Assembly (NCBI GenBank): GCA_002269645.1
Contig: NIVC01000495.1
Span: 1 to 64,000 of the forward strand
Reading direction: 5' to 3'
Source: Macrostomum lignano
Lineage: Eukaryota
Length of the DNA stretch: 64,000 nt
How positions within the stretch are numbered: position 1 is the stretch's first letter; the number at the start of each line of letters is the position of its first letter. Under the pieces are notes generated by a model. It had not been told where the DNA came from, did no database searches, and saw only the letters and a program-made list of their open reading frames with translations. The translations under genes and the position numbers were made by a program. Positions 33,427 to 46,435 of this stretch are shown here, piece after piece.

Positions 33427-36400
33427 GCACCAGATATCCACCAGATATCTGCTCCACCAGAAATTATGAGCTGCTTGTGGCAGGCGATATCAACGCCCAC
33501 CATACCCAGTTCTGGGGCAGTTCTGATATTAACGAGAGAGGTGAAGACTTCCTGGCTTATATTGCTACTACAACCCTTCAGTTCTGTAACTCGGGTAGTA
33601 CCCCTACCTTCAATAACGGACGCCGATCGGAGGTGCTGGATGCCACCCTCGCCAGGCTCTTCCATAGCACTAGGGAGTGGCGGGTGCTTCCTGAGGCGTC
33701 CCTCTCCGATCACAAGTTCATCTCTTTCACGCTGGCCAGCGCCCGAAACGCAGGCCAGCTTTACTGGAAACGGAATGCCAGGAATACCGACTGGACCGCC
33801 TTCAGACTTGCCCTGGAGGAGACCTATCGTTGCACTAGCGCTCCAGTCTCCATCAACACCTGCGAGGAAGCAGATGAATTTGCGGCCGCACTTACTCGCT
33901 CACTGCTGCCTTCGAAGCCTCATGCCCACTAAAGGCATATAAAGGCAAACAGTCGGCCCCATGGTGGAACCCGCAGATTGGCGACCTCCGTCGCAGAGCC
34001 AAAAGGCTTCACCGTAGGGCCCAAAAAAATTAAAAACCCGGCCGACCAAACCGCCTACCTGAACTCTATCCACGAGTTCAAGAGGCAGGTTAGGAACGCC
34101 AAAACCAACAAGTGGCGCGAATACTGTGAGGAACTTGAGGGCTCCAGCCCCACCTACAGAATCGTTAAAGCCCTCACCCTGGACAAAATGTCCAAACTCT
34201 CCTCAGTCAAGAGAGCCGACGGCTCGCTCACTGAGAACCCAGGAGAAACACTGGAAGCGATGCTAACAGCGTTTTTCCCGAACGAGCCAGCCAGGCCCGA
34301 CCCCCCTGACCACTCAGTGGGCGGTCACGTACTGGCTGACTCAATCATCACGGAGGACCGCGTTACTAAAGCAGTCTCCTCCTTCAAACCCTTCAAATCC
34401 CCAGGACCGGACGGCGTGCCAGCCTTCCTGCGAGAGGCGGTGAAATGCACCGGTTTCCTGCGGAACCTTTGCCGGCTTCTGAAAGCTTGCATTGTTCTCG
34501 GCTTTGTTATGAAACCCTGGACCGAGGCCATTATCCCCAAGCCCGGCCGACCGGACTACCGGTCCATTAAATCCTTCAGACCAATTAGCCTCACCTACTC
34601 ACTGGTGAAGCTGTTAGAGAGACTGGTGCTCTGGCGCCTCCTCTCTGTGGAACTGAAGAACAAGCCGCTCAGTGAGAACCAGCACGCCTTTCGGGCAGGC
34701 AGGTCCACGGAGAGCGCGCTTCATGTCTTGGTCGACATGTTGGAGAAAGCCGTTCTTGGTAATGGCTACGCTCTCGCTGTCTTCCTCGACATTGTTGGAG
34801 CCTTCGACAATGTCCTCTTTGAGGCTTTTGACAGAGCTCTACGTGCTAGAGGAACCCACTCGCACCTCACCCGGTGGATCATGCATATGATCTGCCACCG
34901 TACTGCCACCGCACACCTGTTGGGCCACCAACGGACGGTAACCGTCTGCAAAGGCAGCCCCCAGGGCGGTGTCCTCTCTCCAGTTCTCTGGAACATTGTC
35001 ATCGATGAGCTCCTCCAGGACAGCCATCGTGACCCCATCCTTAAGGTCGTTACGCCGATGATGTCACAGCCGTGGCATCCGGACCGTCACCTGAAACCCT
35101 TAGGGACCTTCTGCAAAACTTTATTCGCTCTGCTGAACAATGGGCGGACAGGTGCGGCCTTAGGCTCTCTGAGACCAAAAATGTCGCGATCATGTTCACC
35201 AGCAGGGTTAACTGGCGTATTCGCCCAATAAAGCTTTACGGGGTGGAAATCCCATCCTGCAAGCAAGCCAAGTGTCTCGGCGTTACGCTGGACCACCGGC
35301 TGAGCTGGTCCACTCACGTCCAGGCCAAAACCAAAAAAGCCCTCGCGATTCTTGCGCAGCTGCGCAGAGCCGTCGACACCACCTGGGGCCTCACCCCGAA
35401 ACGGCTCTGGTGGATCTACACCGCAATGGTCCGACCGGCCGTTGCTTACGCCAGCCTGGTCTGGACCAGCGCCTAGCAGATTAAAACCTGCCACGAAGCC
35501 CTCAAAAAGGTGCAGGGACGTGCGTGCCGCATGATCCTGAATGCCTCGCTCTCTGCTCCCTTTGACGGCCTCAACGCCTTTCTTTGCCTCCCGCCTCTGG
35601 ACATCTATGTCCGTCGCGAGGCTGCTAAAACCACCCGCCGGCTCATCGAGGCTGGCATTAGCTTCAAACCACAAAGAGTGATGGCGAAGCGCAAGCTCCT
35701 GCCGCACTCTGACCTGTGCCTTAAAGTTCTGGAGGAGAGTAACAATGCGGAAGCATGCGCTCCCTCAATCTCTACTAACGCTTCAAGGTCACTATCCCCT
35801 CTAGGGAGAACGCTAACGACAGCTGGGCCCCTCAGGAGGTTGGACTGCTTCACTGGATCCTCCAAAGACGGTTTATCCGGCTTTGGAGTCTGCATCCTTA
35901 TCAACGGCCGCGTGATCGCTACTCACGCCCAACACACTGGCAGACTCTCTAGCGTCTTCCAGAACGAAGTCCTTGCCATCAGCTCCTGTGCAGCCGAGCG
36001 CCACTGCAGGGACTTCAAGGACAGAAGAATTTTCTTCCATTCTGACAGCCAGGCCGCTTTGCTGGCCCTGTGTCACACCACTACGAACTCCCGAACAGTC
36101 CGCGACTGTATCGGGCAGCTCAACAAACTGACTCGGAGGAACACCGTCCGGCTTACGTGGATCCCAGGACACGCCGGCTTCAAAGGTAACGAGCTCGCCG
36201 ACTCCCTCGCTAAGGCGGGCTGTTCCGGCTCGCCCCTTGGCCCCGTGCCCCTGGCCCCCAGATTAACGACTGGGCGGACGTCCTGCACTTGCGCAGATGG
36301 GATGGTATCTCCAACTGCCGCCAATCTCGTGCGGCAGTCCCAATCCGTCCCTGGACGACATTTGCCGGCCCAAGAACATCCCACGGCTCATCCGGTTCCT

Positions 36401-36584
36401 CCGAGCCACCAAGCGAGCCTCCGTCTTCCCCACCGAAGACAACGCTGCAGACAGGACCGGCAGACCTCCCTGACTGGCCCCGCGCCCTAGCCTATGCGGG
36501 TCTTTCAGGGATTAGCGGAATGGGCGACGCTCGCCTCCCCGCTGCGTCTTCGGACCGCCCTGCAGCTAAGTCAAGTCAAGTAAG
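33427..36584 (+). mobile_element. 5'-truncated, decayed non-LTR retrotransposon (APE-RT-RNase H; LOA/R1-like)
   Basis: APE motif AGDINAHHTQFWGS. RT motifs PGPDG, FRPISL, QHAFR, FLDIVGAFD, GSPQGGVLSP, and YADD in a shifted frame near 35050. RNase H motifs SDSQAAL and WIPGHAGFKGNELAD. Several frameshifts and a TAG at 35474. Tail AAGTCAAGTCAAGTAAG. Flanked by TATATCTGCA at 33417-33426 and 36585-36594. Clade assignment is tentative. Confidence 0.92.
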
Positions 36585-37159
36585 TATATCTGCACTGAAT
36601 AACCCATGGGTAACGAATGTTCAAAAGAAACTGAAAAGTATAGACCTCGATTATACTACTACTAAATATATTTCTGCACTATAAGTACGTATTACGAATA
36701 ACAGCTAATTATATCGATAGGGTATGCCTTTTTATTGCCATTGAGAAAATGTTTCTTAGAACCAAGACAAGCTTGATATCACATGTTCAGAATGTGCTCT
36801 ATTCAATTTTTATTGAATTGAGACTAAAGCCTGCCCTTGTCCGACCTGCCTAGCTTGCTAAGACGACCCAGACTAGCTATAGCTATGCTGTACATTAAGC
36901 CGGATGGGATTACGGGATATATGAAAGCGAGGTTTAGGGGTTCTCGCTGACCTTTCCATGCATATATGTAACGCGCCATTAATTCTACTTAACTACACCT
37001 TCTCAATCATGCAATCACATTCTATGTACGCGATCAGCAACGTCAGAAAAGTTGCCACATGGATCTTTACATGTAAGAGTGCAAGTTAATTCTATCAATT
37101 TAGTGCGGTGATGCGGATGGAATATCAGCACTGATGTGATAGTCAATAGTGTATATGTC

Positions 37160-38345
37160 CCTGCTATCAGCTCCTGCGCTGCACAGAGCTGAATGCCAAG
37201 GGTACGAGAGGAGAGAATATTTCATCCACTCTGACAGTCAAGAGGCCTTAAAGGCCCTTTGCCACACCACACTCCCGAACAGTCGCTGACTGCGCCGGCA
37301 GCTCAACCTCCTGGCCAGTTGCAATTCTGTCAGGCTGAAGGATCCCAGGGCACGCAGGGTTTTTGGGGAACGAGCTGGCAGACACCCTCGCCAAGAGGAG
37401 CGGCTCTGGCTCCTTCTCTGGCCCTGTTCCCCTGGTTCCCATCCCTTCTATGATCATCAATCATCAGATCAATGACTGGGCTGATTCCCTTCACACGGAC
37501 AGATGGGCAGGCGTCCAGAACTGCCGGCAATCTCGTGCTGCGGTTCCGTGCCCCTCTCACAAGCTCAGGAACTTCCTTCTGAACCAAAACCGGAAGGATA
37601 TTCAAGCCCTTGTCATGACCCTTACAGGCCATGGTTACCTCGCCAGACACTGCTTCCTCCGAGGAGACCTCGAGAGTGAACTTTGCTTTTTTGCGAATAC
37701 GATAATGAAGATGCTCAGCACTTTGTCTGTCACTGCCCTTTCTTTACCAGAAACCGGCTACGCTACATCGGGCCGAACCCGTCCATCGACGAGGTCTGCC
37801 AGCCCGACAGCATCACACGGCTCATCCAGTTCCTTCGGGCGACAAGATGAGCCAGTTTCTTCCCAACGGTATGTGGCCTGTCCGCAATTTTTGCGTACCT
37901 GTGTGTGAACAGGTGCCTCGACTGGCTATGGGTCCGAAGTAAAAGGTACGTGCAGGATACCAAAGCAGGATACGAAGCTAGACTGAGCGACGTGACATCT
38001 AGCCTCTAGTGTCTAAGGGTTTTTGACCTTGCCGATGAGCTGGAAGGTCGGGGAGTAGTCCGGTCACTACTCCTGGTGTCGGGCAGCCTTGGGGGCTCTT
38101 TTGGCCGGTTAGGTGGAGCGACTGGGAGGGTACCGCGCGCCCCATTCGTGGGTAGCCTAAGAAACTTTATTATGGCCTTCGAGCCGACTATGGATAAGCT
38201 GCTGGCGACACTGATGGGATCTCCCTGCAGGGCGGCGCCAACCCTTCGTCCATAGCGACGCGTCGGCTGTTCAGGGATTAGAGGAATGGGCGTCCGCGCC
38301 TTACCGCTGTGTCCCTCCCTGTACTGCCCTGCAGCTAAGTCAAGA
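37160..38345 (+). mobile_element. Second LINE fragment of a related subfamily (RNase H, C-terminal Cys/His region, 3' end)
   Basis: IHSDSQEAL and GNELADTLAK...LTGHGYLARH, with a broken C-x2-C/HxxxxC motif. A 3'-UTR motif TTCAGGGATTAG...GCCCTGCAGCTAAGTCAAG at 38270-38345 matches 36505-36575. The 37870-38200 interval is unassigned. Confidence 0.75.
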
Positions 38346-40205
38346 TTTGATAGGCCGTAAATACTCATTACTCATTTTGACATGCCATCAATCACACGAG
38401 ACTTCGGCCTGTTGTTCGGATTTGACCGCTGTGACCTTTACCGCTAAAAGTATAGTCCTTTTTTCCTAAACTCATCGCGGATCATCCGATTGTACATAAT
38501 TCTCTTCATCCCTGATCTAAACTATATTTTCATGTTGATTTTAGATTTGGCATTGCTGAAGCTCGTACATGTTAATTGTTTTGTATCAAAACTCTGGACT
38601 GATTTATGGCCGCACCTGTCACTTTCTGGGGGTTCCTCAGGGCCTGACATGATCTGGCTTTTCGGGTTTGGTTGGCAACAAGCTCAGCCAATCAGAATCG
38701 ACAGGTCCCACTATAACAAACCGCGGACCACTCGGTTCCTATTCAAACCGCAGATTTTTCGAAAACCTTCCACTTTCCGATTGTGTCATCATACCCCCAT
38801 TGAGCGACATCAAGTCAGAAGATACCATCTACTACGGCGTCAACTGCCTAAAGCTTTATTTTGCTAAACTTTTCGAGGCATAGATCCTGTTTAGTAGCCT
38901 GAAAGTAGCCTGTTCGCTCTGAATCAGTTTAAGTACCTTAGTACTGTAGCTCAGTGAGAAGGCGATCAGATGATGTAGTTTGCTTTCATTCTTTGATCGG
39001 CAATGTGAGCTCAGATGAGCATGCAGCTATATGCTGAAGGTGATGTTGGACCGAATGGCCAAAAAGTTCTCTATCAATCACTTGAAATCGGAATTCACGC
39101 CAGTCATGTACTTTAATGCTGATTCAGGCACCAAAGTGGCATATGTAAGAATACACCTGCGAGCTTCTGAGAGGGCCACGACTGCTCTGCATTATTAGCG
39201 CTATTGGAGAGTTTGTTGTCACATTTATGGCCAGAAGCTTGCATATATGAATTCAATTATGTAGTAGTACATTCCCCGAACCTAGCTATAAAGTCTCGCC
39301 TTGCAAGATCCCTCTTTAAAAGGCCTCTTTGTCCTGCATGATCAATGCAATCCAGACTCAGCAGCGCGTCCCTTTTATCGGCTATGACTTCGAGACTGAT
39401 GGGATTGACAAGATTGACAGATTGACTAGTTGGCAGGTTGGTCCAGATCTGGCAGGTTAATCTCCGGATTAGCCAGATCCATGAACCACACGTGGTAGGC
39501 GCTTAAGTGCAGCTGTAAGAGGTGTTGGCGCACAAAACGCTATCCCGACACTATCAAACTGGTCCTTTGCAATTGAAGTGGCGAATTAATTAAAAGTACG
39601 AGTAGGTTGAAGGCAGCAGTGCCAAAATTGCGAATCTGGATTAATTCAATATGTATGCTTCAGCCCAAACTATTCGGGGCACTGCATGCGTGTAAATTCT
39701 GCACAGCAGTGCGAGCAAAACTTACCTTGTCTAATAAAGTTCTCTGTGAAACAACTTCAAATTTTAAATTACAAGGTAGAAACATACGTAGAAAAATGAA
39801 CCAAGGTGAGTCATGTGATCATGGGGTTGTCTGGTAATTTTCCATTGAATCTGCCATTGTACATTAAATGAGTGCGCCGCATTCACACTGGCATACGAAG
39901 TACAGAAAAGTTTCAAACTCTCCTCTCCCTGCAGGCACGCGCGGCTCAGCTGGCACGGCCTCGGCACTCGCATTTCTCTGCACCCTCCGCTCTCCCTCGG
40001 GTGCCTGCGCTGCCCGCACTAAGGCAAACAATGCGGCATAATAAGCACACACACAGCGCAGCCATTTCCACACGGTGTCTTTGAGCCTGCGTTGCAAGGC
40101 TGCAGTTCGTATACAGACTGAGAAGCGGAAAGCGCTCCAGAAGAAAGCACAGGATTAATATTTGGAAGCTTTGATCGCACACTCGCTCGTCTAGCTGAGT
40201 CTGCA

Positions 40206-42695
40206 ATGTCCTTGTCATCATCTGGTGAGTCCCTCTGCGCTCGGCTGCGCCGCCGTTGTTGCCCCGGCCAGTCGTCGGCTGACGATCCGCAGACTCCGGC
40301 CGAGGCGCACAAGGAGATTCGGCGACTGCGGCACCGCCTGTTCGCCTTCATCTACAACAAACAGAAGCCGATGAACTACACGCTGATGATTCGCTACCTG
40401 CTGCACTGGAAGGTCAGCGTCTACAGTCTCGTGTGGCCAGACGTGCTGCTTTGGGCTACTCTGTACACAATTGTAAACCTGCTGTACCGGCACGCGCTGC
40501 CCGAAGTTCATCAGCAAAGATTTGCTCGACTGGTGCACTCTGTGGCTGACCTGCAGTCAAGTCTTCCGGTAACCTTCCTGCTGGGATTCTATGTTAGCAC
40601 TGTGGTGGACCGCTGGTGGAAGTCATACTTGGTGAGTGGCCTGACGCCTTAGGAAAGGAGTGGTAGAAGCACTGGCAAAGAGGATAAAACTAGTTAAGGA
40701 GAGCGAACTTACTTTCACTTAGCTGAAGGGTGGTCCGTAGACACAGCGGGGAGGCGAGGGTCGCCCATTCCGCTAGCCCCTGAAGGCCTGCAGACAGGCA
40801 AAGGCGTGGGGCCGGTCAGGGTGGTCGCGGTCCGTCCTGCAGCGTGATCTTCCGTAAGCAAGAACGCGGCTTGTCTTGTCGCCTGAAGGAACTGGATGAG
40901 CCGTGGGATGCTGTCGGGCTCGCAGACCTCGTCAATAGACGGGTTCGGTCCGAGGTAGCGTAGCCGGTCTATGGTAAAGAAAGGGCAGTGACAGACAAAG
41001 TGCTGAGCATCTTCATTGAGCGAATGAGTGGGAATCGATTATATTGAAGACCCGGCCAACCGCAGGATATTCCAACCATGGGAACCACGGCGCTGCGCAT
41101 CGAGGCCATTGTGTTCAACAACGGGCAGCCGCGAAGGGCGGAAAAAATCAGGCTTACAATGTCGCGCTACCTCAATCTGGCCTGGCTGCTGTACATGTGG
41201 AAGGTGAGCGAAAAGATTAAGCAGCGATTCCGGATGCTCCGCAACCTCATCAGCGAGACCAACCGCTTCACGGTGACGCACTGTGAGTACGGCTTCAAGG
41301 CTGAATTGGGGGAGAAGATTCTTAAAAAGTTGAATATGCTCTGTGTCCCCTCCTTTTATTACTTATCCAGTCCTTTCCCTTTTAGCTTATCTTCTCCATC
41401 CTACTGTTCCATCCTACTCTTTGCCATTTCCCCTCCCTACCTGTCCTCAGTGCCGGGTATGCGTCGCAGCCGCGACCACCTGGAGAACTCCAGCAACTTT
41501 GACATGCGCCACTTCCGCGTGGACGGCGGTCAGCGCCTCTACCCGGCTCTGCAGCGGATCGTCTCCGAGCGCGAGGACATCCGGGAGCAGCAGATCGAGC
41601 TGCTGATTCAAGATCTGGTGCTGCTCAACCAGGACCCAGTCATTCAGGAGAACTACGGCGAGATCATCACACCCAGCGAGATTGCCGTGTTCGAGGAACG
41701 CGCCAGACAGGCCCGTGGGCCCTACTCGATTGAGTATGAGCTGCCCATGCACTGGGCAGTGGCTGTAGCACAGCAGGCCCTGGCCGAGGGCTTCATCTGC
41801 ACATATGAAGCCTACAGGTTCTTGCTCGGAACATTCTCCGATTGGTCCTCCCTGCTCAGCACCGTCAACAAATACGCCAACAAGAACCTGCCTCTGGTGT
41901 ACACTCAGGTAAGAGCCAGTTGCTACATTTCTAGCGGTTTTGCATGTAGATATTTCTCAATTCTAGTTATATTAACCTTGCTCAGTGCTCACATTCAGGA
42001 GTTCTTGATATTGCCAAAGACATCTAAAGTCGCCCTTGAGAAGGAGCGAAAAAACCAGACCCTGTTATCTTCCTAAATGAAGTGAGGTGAAACTGATTGG
42101 CAAATCTTTCCAACTGCAGGTAGTGATAATCGCTGTCTACACCTGGTTCTTTATCGAAGTGGTTGCCGCGCAGACTCTTCTGGAGCGGCACGGGCCGCTG
42201 AACGCCACCACACCGGATGGCGGAGTACCGGACGGCCAGATCCCGTACGTCCGGCAGTACTGGACGGACCTCTACGTGCCGGTGTTCGCCCTCGTGAAAC
42301 TGCTGTTCGTCCTCGGCTGGTTTAAAGTTGCCTTCATCCTCATGGACCCGTACGCGGCTGACGTTGACGACCTGCCCTTCAGCGACATCCTCAACTCCAA
42401 CTTGCGCAAAGGCCGCAACCTGGCTGGCTTCCCGGTCGAATTCTACCCTAAGAAGCTGCGTCGAGCAATGGAAGGAGACGGTCCGCCTGGAAACTACCTG
42501 CACAGTGACGAAGAGCTGACACAGGAACTTAAGGAAGAGCAGCTCGGGCCGTGGCGCGAGCCAGAGCCGGTACAGCCTGAAGACCTACCCGGCACCACGG
42601 AGGCGGTGGGCGCTACGGGAACTTCCCAGCCTCCTGTCCCGATCCCCGTAACGTCTAGCGACGATCCCAGCCAGCCGCTGCTGATTGATCCGTGA
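40206..42695 (+). CDS. Bestrophin-family anion channel, divergent, 4 exons
   Basis: Exons 40206-40631, 41066-41282, 41451-41908, 42120-42695, all GT-AG with consistent phases. Motifs LPVTFLLGFYVSTVVDRWW, RYLNL, LPLVYTQVV, DLYVP, GWFKVA, DPYAADVDD. Confidence 0.88.
40708..41017 (-). mobile_element. 310-bp 5'-truncated LINE copy in bestrophin intron 1
   Basis: Reverse complement is near-identical to 37703-37850 and carries the same 3' UTR as 36450-36580. Flanked by a GAGCGAA direct repeat at 40701-40707 and 41018-41024. Confidence 0.88.
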
Positions 42696-45266
42696 GCTGC
42701 TCGATTCTCTCTCAATTCTGCGTCGTGAATTCACATGCACAGTATGCCCAGAACAAGATAGAAATGAGTAAAGTAGCCTCTTATGGCCCAGTATATGATA
42801 CGCGTAAACGATCTTACTTTGACTCGCCATGCAGTTTATCGCGTGGTAGGATCAGCGTGGAATTACACTAGCACTATTATAGCCTGATTTTATGCTTCAG
42901 AAAGAAATCTGTATATAATGCTTCGCCCCAAATGTTCTGTGTGCATTTTTACCGGTTCTCATACCCTTTATATATTTTTATCTTCGTTATGGCAGTCTTA
43001 TCGTGTGGTATCGTGTCGTATTACTGGCATGGCTATTTTCTGCGATCCTGCGCGTATACATTATTGTACTTTTTGCTGGTGCTGGTCTTCTTTCCACAGT
43101 TATGATCTACATGTATTTCCTCAGTAAAATGTAAATCCTTAATCTATACTTCACTTTTTAACACGAACGTACGTATCAACGATCGATATATAAACCATGC
43201 TGCATGGTCCGCATGTACGCATGTCTTACACAAATGGAAGCCAAGGATTTATAAGTCCTTGGTGAAGCGATGTAATGCAGGCATGGCTTCTTAGGTCACG
43301 AGCTAATTATGTGTTTTCAGCTTTATGAATGATCCTTTCCGAAGCAGTATATACGAGTAGTAGTTTGAAACATCAGATGGGCATGAAAAATTGTGCATAT
43401 GCGATCTTCTCTTATGACAAAAAAGGTTTTATACATGTACGTGCGTAAGCGTAGTAACTATTTGTAGATGCCCAGCGTTCATATATGTGTAAAATATTCC
43501 GGACGTCCACGCGAAGTTACTGATTTGTACATGCATCCGATGTCGATGTACTTTATTTTGAAAAAGCAAGCACTTTACATTTACGTGTACGTGTATACGT
43601 GTTTATACGTGTAATAATAATACCAACAGATGCTTATTAACTTCTCTTGTGGAGAATAGCTCGCATAGAATACGAATCAGGTCAGTTTTACGTAGTGCTG
43701 GCTATGCACCGACACCGAATGATAAAAGCTAGAGTTTTTCCAGACATAAGCTGCAGTTTTGCTCCGCGATATGAGGGCTCTGGCTGTATTTCCTCCATTG
43801 CTCTCAAGAGCCGATCAACACTTTCACTCCAGCCCCCAATACAATATTTTATGCGCCGAATAGGCACGCTTATTCTCAACTAACAACACCTACATACGAA
43901 GACTGTTTTACTTTTTACTAGCTTATTTCGCATATGTTTGTTCTATTGTCGTCGATCCCTGACGTTGCCATATGTGAAATTGTTGACATGGTAGAGAAAA
44001 ATAAAAGTAATGAAAAAGGGCTTCGTGCAGGGCTTCGTTAGAAACAAGAACTACTTAATTGGATTATATATAGATTACTTCAGTCGTCCTAGGTTAGAAA
44101 CAGTGGTGGGATTTTACTAGTTGACGAAGACTTTTGAATTTCATTAACGAAATCTTTCGCCTTAATTGAACGGTAGTCAAAATTTACAAAACGAATACGA
44201 TTAGTCTTGGAATAAAAAACTAACAGCAGAAAGTTTACTAACTTTTTTAACTCTGTTTAAAATGAGTATAAAATAAATAAAACAGTTTGTTTAAACGATA
44301 TTTTTTTCCACGAAAACTGACTTTGAAAAAATTGAATAAAGCAATTATTTTAACCTAGCGGGCTTTAACTGGTCTGGTCGCTTTTTTCAAACGTTGGTCG
44401 TTGACTCAATAACTGGGAGATTTCAGCTTTTCCCAAATAGAATAGCACACGTCATGGTTAACACAACGGTAAGCGGTTCACGTGATGCTATGTTGTAATG
44501 CGACAATTAGAATTACGAGTAGTATAAACTGCCTCTATAATTTAGTATGTAAATGTCTTGCTTGCGTTGCTTACAGTTACAGTTTTGGTTCTAGCTAAAA
44601 AACTTTATTGTTTCGTGCAGTTTGCTTTGCTTTTTTTCTATTTTTATTATCTATAAATCATTAGTCACTATAAGATTATTAGAATTTTCTATATTGTTGT
44701 CATTCAAATAATTAGTATATTTCTAAGCTAGGGTTGAATATTAATTAAAGCCAAAAAATGAAACAACTTGCTTTCTAAGTTTTGTATTTTTAAATTAATC
44801 GAGTTCTCTTGTTATATTAAAGAATTATTGTTTTATTTTGTGTGTTTTTTTGCTATAATAATCTAATTGTTTTTTTACTTTATTAAAACATGAAATTTAC
44901 GTTTTTGCACTAGTTAATAGGCAGTGCTTATTCCCATGGTCCCATGCCAACAATTCCCTGCTTATTTGCATAGCAGATTAATTATAATACATACAGGAAT
45001 AGGCCTGCTACTCTTTTGCAAATAATTAGAATATTTAAATTGCACCATACCAATAATTCCTTGCTTCCTTGCTATCTATTTGCTATATACAACAAAATAT
45101 TTATCTAAGATTAAGAATGCTTCTGGCAAAATCAAAAAATTGGTGGCAAGTTTTTTGAACATTCGTTTTTTGGCAATTTGAAAACAATAAGGCTATAAAA
45201 TAAATTTATTTGAGTTTAAAAAAGTTAAAAACGTCTATAAAAGCACAAATTATTCATTTGTATAGC

Positions 45267-45817
45267 CCATGGTCAGGAAGGTGCAGCGTGTGCGCCGGAA
45301 TAACATCCATCAAAATTTTTGTTGTGCGCCGCGTGCGCCGAGAAAAAAAATTACTTGTGCGCCATGCGCCGAGAAAAATACACTTGAAAAAGCACCATCA
45401 AGTATTAAGTATCTAAATTGAATCAATATCAATGGAAGTTCAAGCAGTTCAATCATGGCTTCTATTTGCAAAATATAAGCAAAAAGACGCAACAAAAGCC
45501 GCGAAAGGCGCAAATTTGTTAAGTTTGTTAAGTCGATTAATGAAATTTGAAATAGAAACAACATTGGAAATAACGACTATCGTTTATTTTATTGATTGAT
45601 TGACATTTAATATACGTTTTTTTATTATTCATTATTATATTGTCACGTACACTGACGTACCTTGTGCGCCATGCGCCGAGCCATGCACCGATGCACCGAG
45701 CCATGCGCCGATGCGCCGAGCCCATGCGCGCGGCGCAGTGAAGTGTGCGCCGTGCGCCGGCAAATTGCTGATTTGCGCCGGAAAATTCCGAGGATTCTAC
45801 CGTCTTCCTGGCTGTGG
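45267..45817. mobile_element. 551-bp non-autonomous DNA transposon (MITE), 8-bp TSD
   Basis: TIRs CCATGGTCAGGAAG / rc CCACAGCCAGGAAG (11 of 14 match). TGTATAGC duplicated at 45259-45266 and 45818-45825. Clusters of TGCGCCG motifs near both ends with an AT-rich middle. Confidence 0.75.
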
Positions 45818-46100
45818 TGTATAGCCTTATTTTTAATAAAATGATTTGTTAATATGGTAAATTAAATTATGACTAAAATTACTCATAAAAATGATAAAAA
45901 GCTCTAATAATGTATTTATTAACTTTAAGTATCTTATAATATTACATTCTATAATGCTATAATATATTTAGCATTCTTTTTGAAGGTTTATTTGTTCATC
46001 ACTTTTGTTACTATTGAAAATGAGTATTTTAGAGTTCATTTGTAATAAATATTGTATTCAACATAAGTTTATTATTTAAGTAAACATACAAATTCTTGTA

Positions 46101-46435
46101 AAGATTGAAAAAATGCATTTTACTCAGCTTCTACTAAAGCAATTTGGAAAAAAAATTTCCTTCATATATGCTGCAATGATACATATTTCATTGTTCTTTG
46201 TTGCCTCATAAGCTTATAGGAAGCATCTAATTTGGAAGCTGGGTAACACATTGGAATTCCTATAAAGATTGGAAAATTGCATTTTACTTAGCTTCTATTG
46301 AAGCAATTTGGAAAATTCTTTTTTTTGCATGCATGCCACAATAATACATAATAAGTATAATTTCATTGTTTTTATTGCCTCATAAGCCTATAGGAAGCAT
46401 TTGATTTAGATGCCGGGTTCACATTTTCTGATGCC
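46101..46435. repeat. Diverged tandem duplication of ~164 bp
   Basis: AAGATTG.AAAA.TGCATTTTACT at 46101 and 46265, with shared GCCTCATAAGC.TATAGGAAGCAT further on. Confidence 0.8.

Noticed and set aside
39395-39430. GGATTGACAAGATTGACAG resembling an 18S rRNA segment
   Set aside because: The match is very short and the flanks show no rRNA similarity.
41078-42076. Continuous 332-aa bestrophin ORF implying no intron at 41283-41450
   Set aside because: The 168-nt segment has a strong GTGAGT donor, a pyrimidine tract and a CAG acceptor; it is simply a stop-free 3n intron.
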